Source: Amoebophrya sp. A120 (taxonomy: Eukaryota; Protista; Dinoflagellata). Taken from it: DNA of 64,000 nucleotides. Every line of letters begins with the position of its first letter. Position 1 is the stretch's first letter. Where the stretch lies: assembly GCA_905178155.1 (NCBI GenBank), contig CAJINV010000003.1, forward strand, positions 3,963,868 through 4,027,867. The letters are read 5' to 3'. Both the position numbers and the translations under genes were made by a program. The notes under the pieces were generated by a model that worked only from the letters and a program-made list of their open reading frames with translations, searched no databases and was not told the origin of the DNA. Below, piece after piece: positions 50,879 through 61,203 of the stretch.

Positions 50879-52343
50879 TTAGAGTCTAGACACCGTTGGC
50901 TCCGCGTACAGTTGACGCAAAAAAGCCATGTTATTCGCTGCGGACTGCAGTGGATTAGATTTTGCCTCGCCGAGGAGATCTTGTTCCACAACGATCCAGC
51001 CCTTGAAAGCGTTATCCACCTGCCATTTCTTGACGCCTTCGAAATCGACCATGCCTCGACCGAGTTCCGGGAAGCAACCGTTGTTCACGAGCTCGAAGTA
51101 GTCTTTTCCTTTGGCATTACCGTCGTAATCCTTGAAGTGAAAGCTGTGGATCTGGTGTGTTTTAGTTTTTGTGTGCGACTTCTACTTCTACTGGTACGTC
51201 GCTGCAGATCTTCGAGTCTATGTATACGACCGCGCAAGCTAGTCGTCTAGAAAAAAAAATGTGTAGTAATATCATGCGTTTAGACTTTTCAAATTCAACA
51301 AAGAACCTACCTCAAATGCATGAAGATATTACCTTGTCTGGGTGTCTTTTGAGAAACTCCACGCAGGCCAGCGGGTTCCCAGCCCCCATGGTTACGTGCG
51401 CCGTGTCGTAAATGAGTTTCAGCCCCGGCACGTCTCGCACGAGGGCCTCGATTTCCCACGGCGTCTCGATGAAGCTACCACAGTGCGGGTGAAAGTGCAC
51501 TTTGATGCCGTATTCGGACTCAATCATGTTCTTCAGGATCTGCACCTCTTCCGTCAGGACCGACCAATACTTTGCGCTCAGAGACATTTTCTTCGTAATG
51601 CGGCTGGTATTCTTTATCCGGTCGGGGTCTGATACGTTGTCGGCCAATACCTTTTTTGATTTTCGGTATTAATTGGCATAGGCATTCGATCAAACGTATA
51701 ATTTTTTGTATCACTTTGTATCACTTGTCGTTTACGTTTTCTTCACCCGATGCGTTTTGGAAAAAACGAAAAAGAATAGCATAAGCAAGTGTTAGTTGTT
51801 TTAACACACAAGTAGAAGTACGATGTGCGGCGGAAACTTCTGGTTCGCGAACGGCTGCAGTTGCGCAGCAATCTTGCGAGCATACGCGCGACCCTCCTCG
51901 TGCTTGGTTTTATCCCACAGAGCATAGGTGCAGAAAGCTCCTATCATTTGCAGGTCCTTCGACCTAGTATAAGGCGAAAGTGTATGTAGAAGTTTCCCCG
52001 CTAGCTCTACCATGCCACACGGGTTCTTGCAATCATGTCCTACATCAAATTGGTAGCGTGGTGAGACTTTTTAAACATGCACCGAACATCAATTTCTGTG
52101 GCGCGTTTCTAAAAACTATTTGTGGAAGATTCTTTGCATATGCATTTTGAGATCTCGTCTATACCGCATCAGGTCCTTCAGCTGTTTCTCACAAGTCGGG
52201 AAAAACCCGTAGTCGCCGAGCTCCGTGCCGGTGTAGCCTGCGAGCTTCAGTTCGTCGAGCATCTGCTCCGGCTTCATGCTACTTTCGATTCCGAATTCGT
52301 TGATGCCCCAGCTAATGGGCGCGTTCGCAAACTGCACCTCCAT
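50879..52343 (-). CDS. iolE: Myo-inosose-2 dehydratase (IolE-like, xylose-isomerase TIM barrel), copy 1, C-terminal SRL; 4 exons
   Basis: ANAPISWG, LDELKLAGYTGTELG, FHPHCGSFIET, LIYDTAH, FHFKD, FPELGRGMVDF, GWIVVEQD; three GT-AG introns; ends PTVSRL*. Confidence 0.85.
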
Positions 52344-54482
52344 TTTCCAGACTGCCTGTTCTGGTAGTTCGTTCTACTCTTTCGACTACTTAAGCCTGCG
52401 CGTTGCAGAAGTATACTTCTCGTTATTTTTGATTCCGCCGGAGCAGGCCGGAAGCAGGTTCTTGTCGATGCAGACGACTCCAACAGGGTCAGGTTTTTGC
52501 CAGCGCGATTTTTGTATGTTTAGTAGCTTGTAGTTTTCCGCCTAGTGCCGCGGGCTCAGCAGCACGCAACTCCACCAGAGCGGACACACATATCGACTGT
52601 AGAGGCTTTCACGGCGGAGCCGACGGTAAGTCCGCAATCGTCTTTGATTTCCCGCCCTGGACGAGCGTTGTCCTGCGTCTTGATGAAGAGCAATAGCAAG
52701 TCCGCTTTGACACGCTGATGCTGGTAGGAACGTTTCTTGTGTCGGGTCGTTTGTTTTTGCAACAAGAATGTTGAAACAAAGTGGATCTTCCTGCCTGTTG
52801 CGCCACGGTGACGACGAAAGGGACTCTGGTGAAGGGAAAAATGGGAATCGCTACTCTGATTCCCACCTTCTATCAATCACCACAACGAACTCACGGTGCC
52901 TAAAAGAATTCATTTACGATTTGTGAATGTGTCCAATATGGAGGATGAAACACAAGAGGATCTTCATATATTGCTTAGGTACGCATAGGAGAAGATTTGT
53001 TGAGCGAATTTGATGATCCCACGGACGCAGAGTTGCTTGACTTGAAGGCTAGTTGCAAAAGGAGGGAGGAAGAGCACGCAAACTCAGAAGGAGGTTTTTT
53101 GTTGGGATAGAATAGCAATCTTCCCCACACTTGGCGGGCTCAGCGCAGAACTCCGAAACCACGCTGACATTTGAGTTTTCATTTGCACTTCGAACCTTGG
53201 TCGCTCTCTCTCAATTGCCAATTTATCACGCACACCAAAACAGCCAAGAATTGAAGAAGTACCTCAAAGGCAACAGGGCGATCTCAACATCATGGTGAAC
53301 AAGAACTCAATAATGTGATGTCAAGCTAGAAACTGCGCAACAATGCTGCGCTTCTTTCTTGCCCATGTTGATGATTTTTGCCCTGGCTGTGCCTTTTGAA
53401 TGAGCGGAATTTTCCGCAACACTCAACAAATCCAGCCGCCACTTGGCTCCCCTAATACGGAAACAACAAACAAGAATCTATTCCGTTTTACCCATTTTTA
53501 GTGCGGACATGAAGCTCTAGCTAGAAACGTGTCACATTTTTGTACCAATCAGGGCTTGAGCACGACCAAAGTGATGTGCATAACTACGCCTGGAAATAGA
53601 TTCTTCCGGTGCACGACCATGATGATGTTGATATTTCAGCATTCCTTCCTTCAGCGGTCATCCTAGAGAAACCCCGGAGACGCTGCGAAACGCGAAAAAA
53701 ATCATCTAGATACATGCAGAAAACTCACAGAAGGAAATATATCTAGCGAGGATTAATACACGTTGAAAACGTATTGTCAATTGGCACTATTGGTGATGTG
53801 AGAGAGGATTCTCGGATGCGTTTATATTGTAAATGAAATAGCAGCTCTCGGGAAGCACGCGGTTATGTGCATCGACAAAACTATTGAACCGATCAAAACA
53901 TGTCCCTCTAGCAGTGTACTACTCGCATTATAATTTCGTCATGATCTTGATCATGAAAAAGAAAATATCAAACGCAAACGACAAAAACAAAAGTGGAAAA
54001 TCTATCATATGAAACTTTTGTATGTATCTACTATTAGCATTTTCATTTTCGATCACCATGAGAGAAAATAATCGCTACTGTGAAGTCTGATATTACACGG
54101 GTCAAAATTTTCTCGCACGTTTTGCTACGGACGGTGGTATTGTCTACCGTGACTTGCGCAACTGCACGGCGCTAAGACCGCGCGCTGCTGCACGTTAATA
54201 CTGAGGTAATCTCAACATCCTATGTAGCGTGCTTGTCCAAGTGGGGTTGTTGTGTTGTTCACGTATTGCAAACGGCTTCGAAAGATTTTTGAGCGGTTGC
54301 GGGTTGACGACACCACAGTTAATTTGAGTTCCAAAAGAGCAAGAAGTGCTAGTACGTATGCGCCGGGAATTTGTCTTACACACTTACACAACTCGTAGAC
54401 ATCACCAGGATATGACTGATGCAAGTGCATGGTAACAACTGCTTTTTCACAGCCTCGAAACAAATTGCGTGGGCGGAACCTC

Positions 54483-54733
54483 TATCAAATGTAAAAATGT
54501 CTGGGTCTGGAAGAGTCATGCTGTTTCTGCATGACACAGAAGGTCTGGCATGGAAGCTCTAGCATCACAGGTTTCGAGAAGCTTCCGCAATGCCGAATCC
54601 GCATGACAAGTCCCCCATTTTGGTGACAGAAAGTGAGCAGCCTTTGCTGCCTATGCATCAGAGATTTTTGTGTGTTCTGAAATGCGCATCACAAGTTACA
54701 TCCTTCCAGACCCAGACATTTTTACATTTGATA
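54483..54733. mobile_element. Introner-like element, family A (251 bp)
   Basis: TIRs; TSD ACCTC. Confidence 0.92.
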
Positions 54734-54787
54734 ACCTCGTCCTTGTAGAGTCGTTTCATGAACGACATGTTGTTTGCTGCGGACTGC

Positions 54788-55051
54788 TATCAAATGTAAA
54801 AATGTCTGGGTCTGGAAGAATGCACGTTTGTCATGCTTGTCTGGCATGACTCTTAAATCTGTCATGCACGTTGCCCAAGAGCCCGAGCCGCAGGTTTCTG
54901 TCATGCGGAGACGCAGTTTGTCATGCAGAATAGGCAACACCTACTCCTACAAGCTCAGAAATTTGTCATGCTGAGCCAGCAGTCGTGGCCTCCTCGTGCT
55001 ACGCCACTCAGCATCACAAGTTTCCAGACCCAGACATTTTTGCAATGCATA
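54788..55051. mobile_element. Introner-like element, family B (264 bp), at a duplication junction
   Basis: TIRs; flanks ACTGC (coding) and ACTGG (3' UTR). Confidence 0.9.
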
Positions 55052-55111
55052 ACTGGCTTTTTCACAGCCTCGAAACAAATTGCGTGGGCGAAACCTCGTC
55101 CTTGTAGAGTC

Positions 55112-55362
55112 TATCAAATGTAAAAATGTCTGGGTCTGGAAGGATCCGAACTTGTGATGCGCATTTTCGAACACAGAAAAATCTCTCATGCATAGGTAGC
55201 AAAAGCTGCTCAATTCTGTCACCAAAATGGGGGATTTCTCATGCGGGTTCGGCATTGCGGAGGCTTCTCGAAACCTGTGATGCTAGAGCTTCCATGCCAG
55301 ACCTTCTGTGTCATGCAAAAACAGCATGAATCTTCCAGACCCAGACATTTTTACATTTGATA
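55112..55362. mobile_element. Introner-like element, family A in inverted orientation (251 bp)
   Basis: TIRs; TSD GAGTC. Confidence 0.92.
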
Positions 55363-55444
55363 GAGTCGATTCATGAACGACATGTTGTTTGCTGCGGACT
55401 GCAGTGGATTAGTTTTTGCCTCGCCGAGAAGATCCTGCTCCACA

Positions 55445-55841
55445 TATCAAAAAGAAAAATCCCCCCTCCCCATATCGAAAACGAAATTTGTGATGCAGTA
55501 TTTGAGGCGTGAGGCGAAACTGGTACCGCTAAGAGGAAGTGGAACAATCAGCAGCCCGAACAGATGCAGTATTTGAGTACACAGATCGCATTTGTCTTGC
55601 TGGAGAGGACTGCAGACCCATATCAAGCCTGAGTACTAGAGAGGCTTTGACTTAGGCGCTTAGCATGAAAAGCGTCCGCGATGTTGGCTCAACAGCATGA
55701 CAAACCGGCTCCATAATGGGACGGAAGCTGCTGCCCTTGTCTTCTTGCAGCACAAACGTGATTTGTGACCTCAAATCAGCAACGCAAATTTTCGAAAACC
55801 TACCTCTTCAATATGGGGAGGGGGGATTTTTCCTTGCGATA
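55445..55841. mobile_element. Introner-like element, family D with a different TIR (397 bp)
   Basis: TATCAAAAAGAAAAATCCCCCCTCCCCATAT ... ATATGGGGAGGGGGGATTTTTCCTTGCGATA; TSD CCACA. Confidence 0.9.
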
Positions 55842-55868
55842 CCACAACGATCCAGCCCTTGAAGTCGT

Positions 55869-56121
55869 TATCAAATGCAAAAGTGTCTGGGTCTGGAAGA
55901 TTCCGGGATTTGTCATGCTAGTCCAGCATGACTCTGAGCTCTGTATTGCGTGGCCGCAAAGGGCTTCTCTTGCCTGTCATGCAAAAACGCAGTTTCTCAT
56001 GCGGAGTTCGCAACACTGAACCACGGAAAACCTTGTCATGCTTGGCAGTGCATTACAGTATGCGCATTTTTCCCTGACTTGCATCACAAGTTTCCAGACC
56101 CAGACACTTTTACATTTGATA
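55869..56121. mobile_element. Introner-like element, family E (253 bp)
   Basis: TIRs; TSD GTCGT. Confidence 0.92.
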
Positions 56122-56213
56122 GTCGTTGTCACAGCCTCGAAACAAATTGCGCGGGCGAAACCTCGTCCTTGTAGAGTCGCTTCATGAACGACATGTTGTT
56201 TGCTGCGGACTGC

Positions 56214-56465
56214 TATCAAATGCAAAAATGTCTGGGTCTGGAAGAATGCACGTTTGTCATGCTTGTCTGGCATGACTCTTAAATCTGTCATGCACGTTGC
56301 CCAAGAGCCCCAGGCTTCTGTCATGCGGAGACGCAGTTTGTCATGCAGAATAGGCAACACCTACAAGCTCAGAAATTTGTCATGCTGAGCCAGCAGTCGT
56401 GGCCTCCTCGTGCTACGCCACTCAGCATCACAAGTTTCCAGACCCAGACATTTTTGCAATGCATA
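56214..56465. mobile_element. Introner-like element, family B (252 bp)
   Basis: As 54788 but lacking two 6-bp internal duplications. Confidence 0.9.
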
Positions 56466-56525
56466 ACTGGCTTTTTCACAGCCTCGAAACAAATTGCGTG
56501 GGCGAAACCTCGTCCTTGTAGAGTC

Positions 56526-56776
56526 TATCAAATGTAAAAATGTCTGGGTCTGGAAGGATCCGAACTTGTGATGCGCATTTTCGAACACAGAAAAATCTCT
56601 CATGCATAGGTAGCAAAAGCTGCTCAATTCTGTCACCAAAATGGGGGATTTCTCATGCGGGTTCGGCATTGCGGAGGCTTCTCGAAACCTGTGATGCTAG
56701 AGCTTCCATGCCAGACCTTCTGTGTCATGCAAAAACAGCATGAATCTTCCAGACCCAGACATTTTTACATTTGATA
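56526..56776. mobile_element. Introner-like element, family A inverted (copy of 55112)
   Basis: TIRs; TSD GAGTC. Confidence 0.9.
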
Positions 56777-56858
56777 GAGTCGCTTCATGAACGACATGTT
56801 GTTTGCTGCGGACTGCAGTGGATTAGTTTTTGCCTCGCCGAGAAGATCCTGCTCCACA

Positions 56859-57255
56859 TATCAAAAAGAAAAATCCCCCCTCCCCATATCGAAAACGAAA
56901 TTTGTGATGCAGTATTTGAGGCGTGAGGCGAAACTGGTACCGCTAAGAGGAAGTGGAACAGTCAGCAGCCCGAACAGATGCAGTATTTGAGTACACAGAT
57001 CGCATTTGTCTTGCTGGAGAGGACTGCAGACCCATATCAAGCCTGAGTACTAGAGAGGCTTTGACTTAGGCGCTTAGCATGAAAAGCGTCCGCGATGTTG
57101 GCTCAACAGCATGACAAACCGGCTCCATAATGGGACGGAAGCTGCTGCCCTTGTCTTCTTGCAGCACAAACGTGATTTGTGACCTCAAATCAGCAACGCA
57201 AATTTTCGAAAACCTACCTCTTCAATATGGGGAGGGGGGATTTTTCCTTGCGATA
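56859..57255. mobile_element. Introner-like element, family D (copy of 55445)
   Basis: TIRs; TSD CCACA. Confidence 0.9.
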
Positions 57256-57282
57256 CCACAACGATCCAGCCCTTGAAGTCGT

Positions 57283-57535
57283 TATCAAATGCAAAAGTGT
57301 CTGGGTCTGGAAGATTCCGGGATTTGTCATGCTAGTCCAGCATGACTCTGAGCTCTGTATTGCGTGGCCGCAAAGGGCTTCTCTTGCCTGTCATGCAAAA
57401 ACGCAGTTTCTCATGCGGAGTTCGCAACACTGAACCACGGAAAACCTTGTCATGCTTGGCAGTGCATTACAGTATGCGCATTTTTCCCTGACTTGCATCA
57501 CAAGTTTCCAGACCCAGACACTTTTACATTTGATA
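57283..57535. mobile_element. Introner-like element, family E (copy of 55869)
   Basis: TIRs; TSD GTCGT. Confidence 0.9.
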
Positions 57536-57627
57536 GTCGTTGTCACAGCCTCGAAACAAATTGCGCGGGCGAAACCTCGTCCTTGTAGAGTCGCTTCATG
57601 AACGACATGTTGTTTGCTGCGGACTGC

Positions 57628-57891
57628 TATCAAATGTAAAAATGTCTGGGTCTGGAAGAATGCACGTTTGTCATGCTTGTCTGGCATGACTCTTAAATCT
57701 GTCATGCACGTTGCCCAAGAGCCCGAGCCGCAGGTTTCTGTCATGCGGAGACGCAGTTTGTCATGCAGAATAGGCAACACCTACTCCTACAAGCTCAGAA
57801 ATTTGTCATGCTGAGCCAGCAGTCGTGGCCTCCTCGTGCTACGCCACTCAGCATCACAAGTTTCCAGACCCAGACATTTTTGCAATGCATA
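57628..57891. mobile_element. Introner-like element, family B (264 bp)
   Basis: TIRs; lies 10 nt downstream of the iolE copy 2 stop codon. Confidence 0.9.
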
Positions 57892-57901
57892 ACTGGCTTT
57901 T

Positions 57902-59402
57902 TCACAGCCTCGAAACAAATTGCGTGGGCGGAACCTCGTCCTTGTAGAGTCGTTTCATGAACGACATTACCAACAGTAAAAATGTCTGGGTCTGGAAAAA
58001 TCCAACTTGTCATGCTGATTTTGGATTCTAAAAAAATCTGTATTGCATGAGCAGCAAAAAGAATCCAAGTTTTGCTACACGGACAGAGCATTTGTCATGC
58101 GGTAGAGGCATCAGGAATCCCTCACAAAATCTGTGATGCTAGGGCATGCATCACAGACATCAGGAGTCATGCAAAATGTGCATGACAAACCTGGCAATCT
58201 TCCAGACCCAGACATTTTTGCATTTGATAGACATGTTGTTCGCTGCGGACTGCAGTGGGTTCGATTTCGCGTCGCCGAGAAGATCCTGTTCCACAACGAT
58301 CCAGCCCTTGAAGTCGTTGTCGCGTTGCCACTTCTTGACACCTTCGAAATCGACCATGCCTCGACCGAGTTCCGGGAAGCAGCCGTTGTTCACAAGCTCA
58401 AAGTAGTCTTTGCCGGTTGCATTCCCGTCGTAATCCTTGAAGTGGAAGCTGTGGATCTGTTGTGTTTATTTTGTGAGCGAAGTAATACTTCGCTGCAGAT
58501 CTTAAAATCCATACGACTGGCGCGCAAGCTAGTCGTCTAGAAGAAAAAAAATGTGCATCATGCACGTAGACTTTTCAAACTCAAAGGACCTGAAATCCAT
58601 CAAAAATATACCTTGTCTGGATGTCTTTTGAGAAACTCCACACAGGCCAGCGGGTTTCCAGCCCCCATGGTTACGTGTGCCGTGTCGTAGATGAGCTTCA
58701 GCCCCGGCACGTCTCGCACCAGCGCCTCGATTTCCCACGGCGTCTCGATGAAACTGCCACAGTGGGGGTGAAAGTGCACCTTGATGCCGTATTCGGACTC
58801 AATCATGTTTTTCAGGTAGGCGACCTCCTGCACGAGCGTTTCCCAGTACGGCTTGGAGAGCGACATCTTCTTCGTGATCCGGCTTGTGTGCCTTATTCTG
58901 GTCGGGTCACTAACGTTGTCCGCGAGCACAATGTGCGGCGGGTACTTTTGCTTGGCGAACGGCTGCAGCTGTGCCGCGATCTTGCGAGCGTAGGCGCGAC
59001 CTTCCTCGTGCTTGGAGGTGTCCCACAACGCATACGTGCAAAACGCCCCGATCATGTCCAACCCACGTACCCTGCATTTTTTCGAATGCGAAAACAAAAC
59101 GATTGAACTCGAAGTAAATGGTGAAGTGGAAGATCTTCTGCATTCTTATGCGCATTTTCAAGTATGGATGCAAGAATATTTCAAATTTCTAAATTCATGC
59201 CGCGTACATCAAATTCATACCTTAGCATCTCGTCGAGCTGCCCCGGCTGCGTTGGAAAGAAACCGTAGTCGCCGAGCTCGGTGCCGGTGTAGCCTGCCAA
59301 CTTCAGCTCATCCAGCATTTGTTCGGGCTTCATGCCGCTCTCGATGCCAAACTCATTTATGCCCCAGCTGATGGGCGCATTCGCGAAGTGCAACTCCATC
59401 AT
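57902..59402 (-). CDS. iolE: Myo-inosose-2 dehydratase (IolE-like), copy 2, C-terminal SRL
   Basis: Same motifs as copy 1; two GT-AG introns plus the 57968 element, whose removal gives AANNMSFMKRLYKDEVPPTQFVSRL*. Confidence 0.85.
57968..58229. mobile_element. Introner-like element, family F inverted (262 bp)
   Basis: TACCAACAGTAAAAATGTCTGGGTCTGGAA ... TTCCAGACCCAGACATTTTTGCATTTGATA; TSD GACAT. Confidence 0.9.
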
Positions 59403-60013
59403 GTTGGCCGATGGTTATCCGTGTGGTCCCACGTCGGTTTCCTACTTACTTTTTTTCAGGACGAGTGCGTGCGCAATGGAAACAAAAGAAACCAAACGTC
59501 AAAACTCAAACGTCAAGTTGTACAAAGGTAGTTCAACTTCAAGTGCGAAGCAAAATTTCTTGTATGGTCGTGTTATACGTGTTTGATATACAACTTGCAA
59601 CGGACAGTGCCGAGGAATGTCAAGACAAGGGAGCGGAGTAGAGATGAAGTACCAGGATACTTTTGTATCACAAATACCACAACTTACTCACAAAACGGGC
59701 TCGTTTTTGTTTTTGTCTTTCGAAAATGAAAATGCCGCAAGAGGATGCAACCGGTTCCGGTATAAGATTTTCCCTATATAATAAATCTGATTTTACTTTT
59801 GTTACACAGTTAAACTATAATTCTGCTACTGAAACTAGTCCTCTAGGCTGAGCTCTAGTTATCGAGTGCACCGCCTGTACTTACTTCTTCAGCCTTCTGC
59901 TTCTTCCCGTCCCTCGACTTTCCCCCATGAAAGTAGCGAGGCCTTTAATTAAGAAAAAAAGCAGATGAATCAATCAGGACGCGGGGACGAATTTATTTGA
60001 CAACAGGGAGGGG

Positions 60014-61203
60014 TCATGGAAAGTTGTTTTTCGATGGAAAGCATTGAACAATACGAAAACCAAAATGAGGTTCATGTTCTTCATCTGTCTTACGAGAAGT
60101 CGCGTCTGTAGCACGTTTTTTTACAACGAGGGGGACTTGCGCTCGCGATATCGATAGCAGCCGAGGCCGACTGTGGCGGCGGTGTACGATGTACGATGTA
60201 CGAGGGATAGCGGTGGCGTAAAGAAAAATCTTCCTCAAGTGTCCGATTTGCGTTTCTTCGATTGCACGAAAAAAAAAACCGACAATGCGATCTCTCTTTG
60301 AGTTGGAGTCAAACGGAAAAAGCGAAACGAGACCGATGAGCGACAAATGAAGTGCTGAAGCTCTTTCTTTGTTTTGGTACATCATGCCAAAGAATATGAA
60401 GTCGGCAAGAAAGGCAACTTTGCAGAGCAATTGCTGAGCGCCGCAGTGATCCTACTCCTCGATTTTTGGTTTTTCGCAAAATGGCGGCGTTAGGTTACTG
60501 TCAGTTTGAGGTATTCTCGAGATATTTGCAAAATGTTCGTGGCAAGACTGCAGGTACTACTACCGTATATCAGCACCAGCGTCTATTGCTCTAATATTTT
60601 TTTGTGTCTTGCCGTTGCAGTGGTTCGTTTCGTGATTGTGTGTCGTCAAGACGGCCGAGCTGCATCGACTCGAGTCTTTGCCTACGATTTTTCATTGAGA
60701 TACGTCAAGAAAGGAAAGTGGTGGGGGCGAAGCCGCAGCTGCTGCCGAAGCCGAAGCCGAAGAACCGGGACGCGGCTCTGGAGGAGATACAATTATTCGT
60801 GCGCCGGCTCGGATTTGCGTTGACCCCTGCTGCGGTTCTTTGGGTGTGCTGGAAGGCGAATTCGAAAACAGTTTGACCGCGCAATCCTTCACGAGCTCCT
60901 CGGCACCGTTGTCCGAAGACATGCAGAGACCAAAAATGGCACTGAGTGTTCCGCCGGTGAAAAGGAGGACCATCTTGATCTTCTTCACCAAGGACAGCTC
61001 TACGTGATTGCCTGCTGAGGTTCCCGAGGAAGTAGTAGAGAGACCACGTGCGTCAGTTTGGCTGGGCGCTATCATCGTCGCCTCTGTAGAACCGCCCCCT
61101 GTAGTACAGGCAGCCTCCGTTTCTGCCGCAGCGGATTTCAAGGAAACTCCAATCACGACGGGGTATAGAGCGATGAAGAAAAAGGTCGACAGCGCCCCGC
61201 ACG
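60014..61203 (-). CDS. 3' exons of a multi-pass membrane protein (possibly DMT/nucleotide-sugar transporter-like); 5' part not found in the window
   Basis: Hydrophobic exons CGALSTFFFIALYPVVIG, MVLLFTGGTLSAIFGLCM, TLVLIYGSSTCSLATNILQ and LLCKVAFLADFIFFGMM, linked by plausible GT-AG introns; 3' end approximate. Confidence 0.4.

Larger units (their letters stand above)
54438..58234. repeat. Tandem array of iolE 3'-end fragments interleaved with 11 TIR elements; higher-order period 1414-1426 bp
   Basis: TCACAGCCTCGAAACAAATTGCG occurs six times. Element starts 55112/56526, 55445/56859, 55869/57283 and 56214/57628 are each 1414 bp apart. Confidence 0.92.

Noticed and set aside
54438-58234. CRISPR-like appearance of the recurring 30-bp sequence
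   Set aside because: The repeats alternate in orientation (they are TIRs), the intervening DNA is element interior or host exon, there are no cas genes, and the context is eukaryotic.
54722-58406. Recurrent short ORFs with IKCKNVWVWK / FQTQTFLHLI / FPDPDIF motifs, also at 3573, 21482, 23888 and 43372
   Set aside because: These are translations of the TIR in different frames, not proteins; no frame is conserved across copies.
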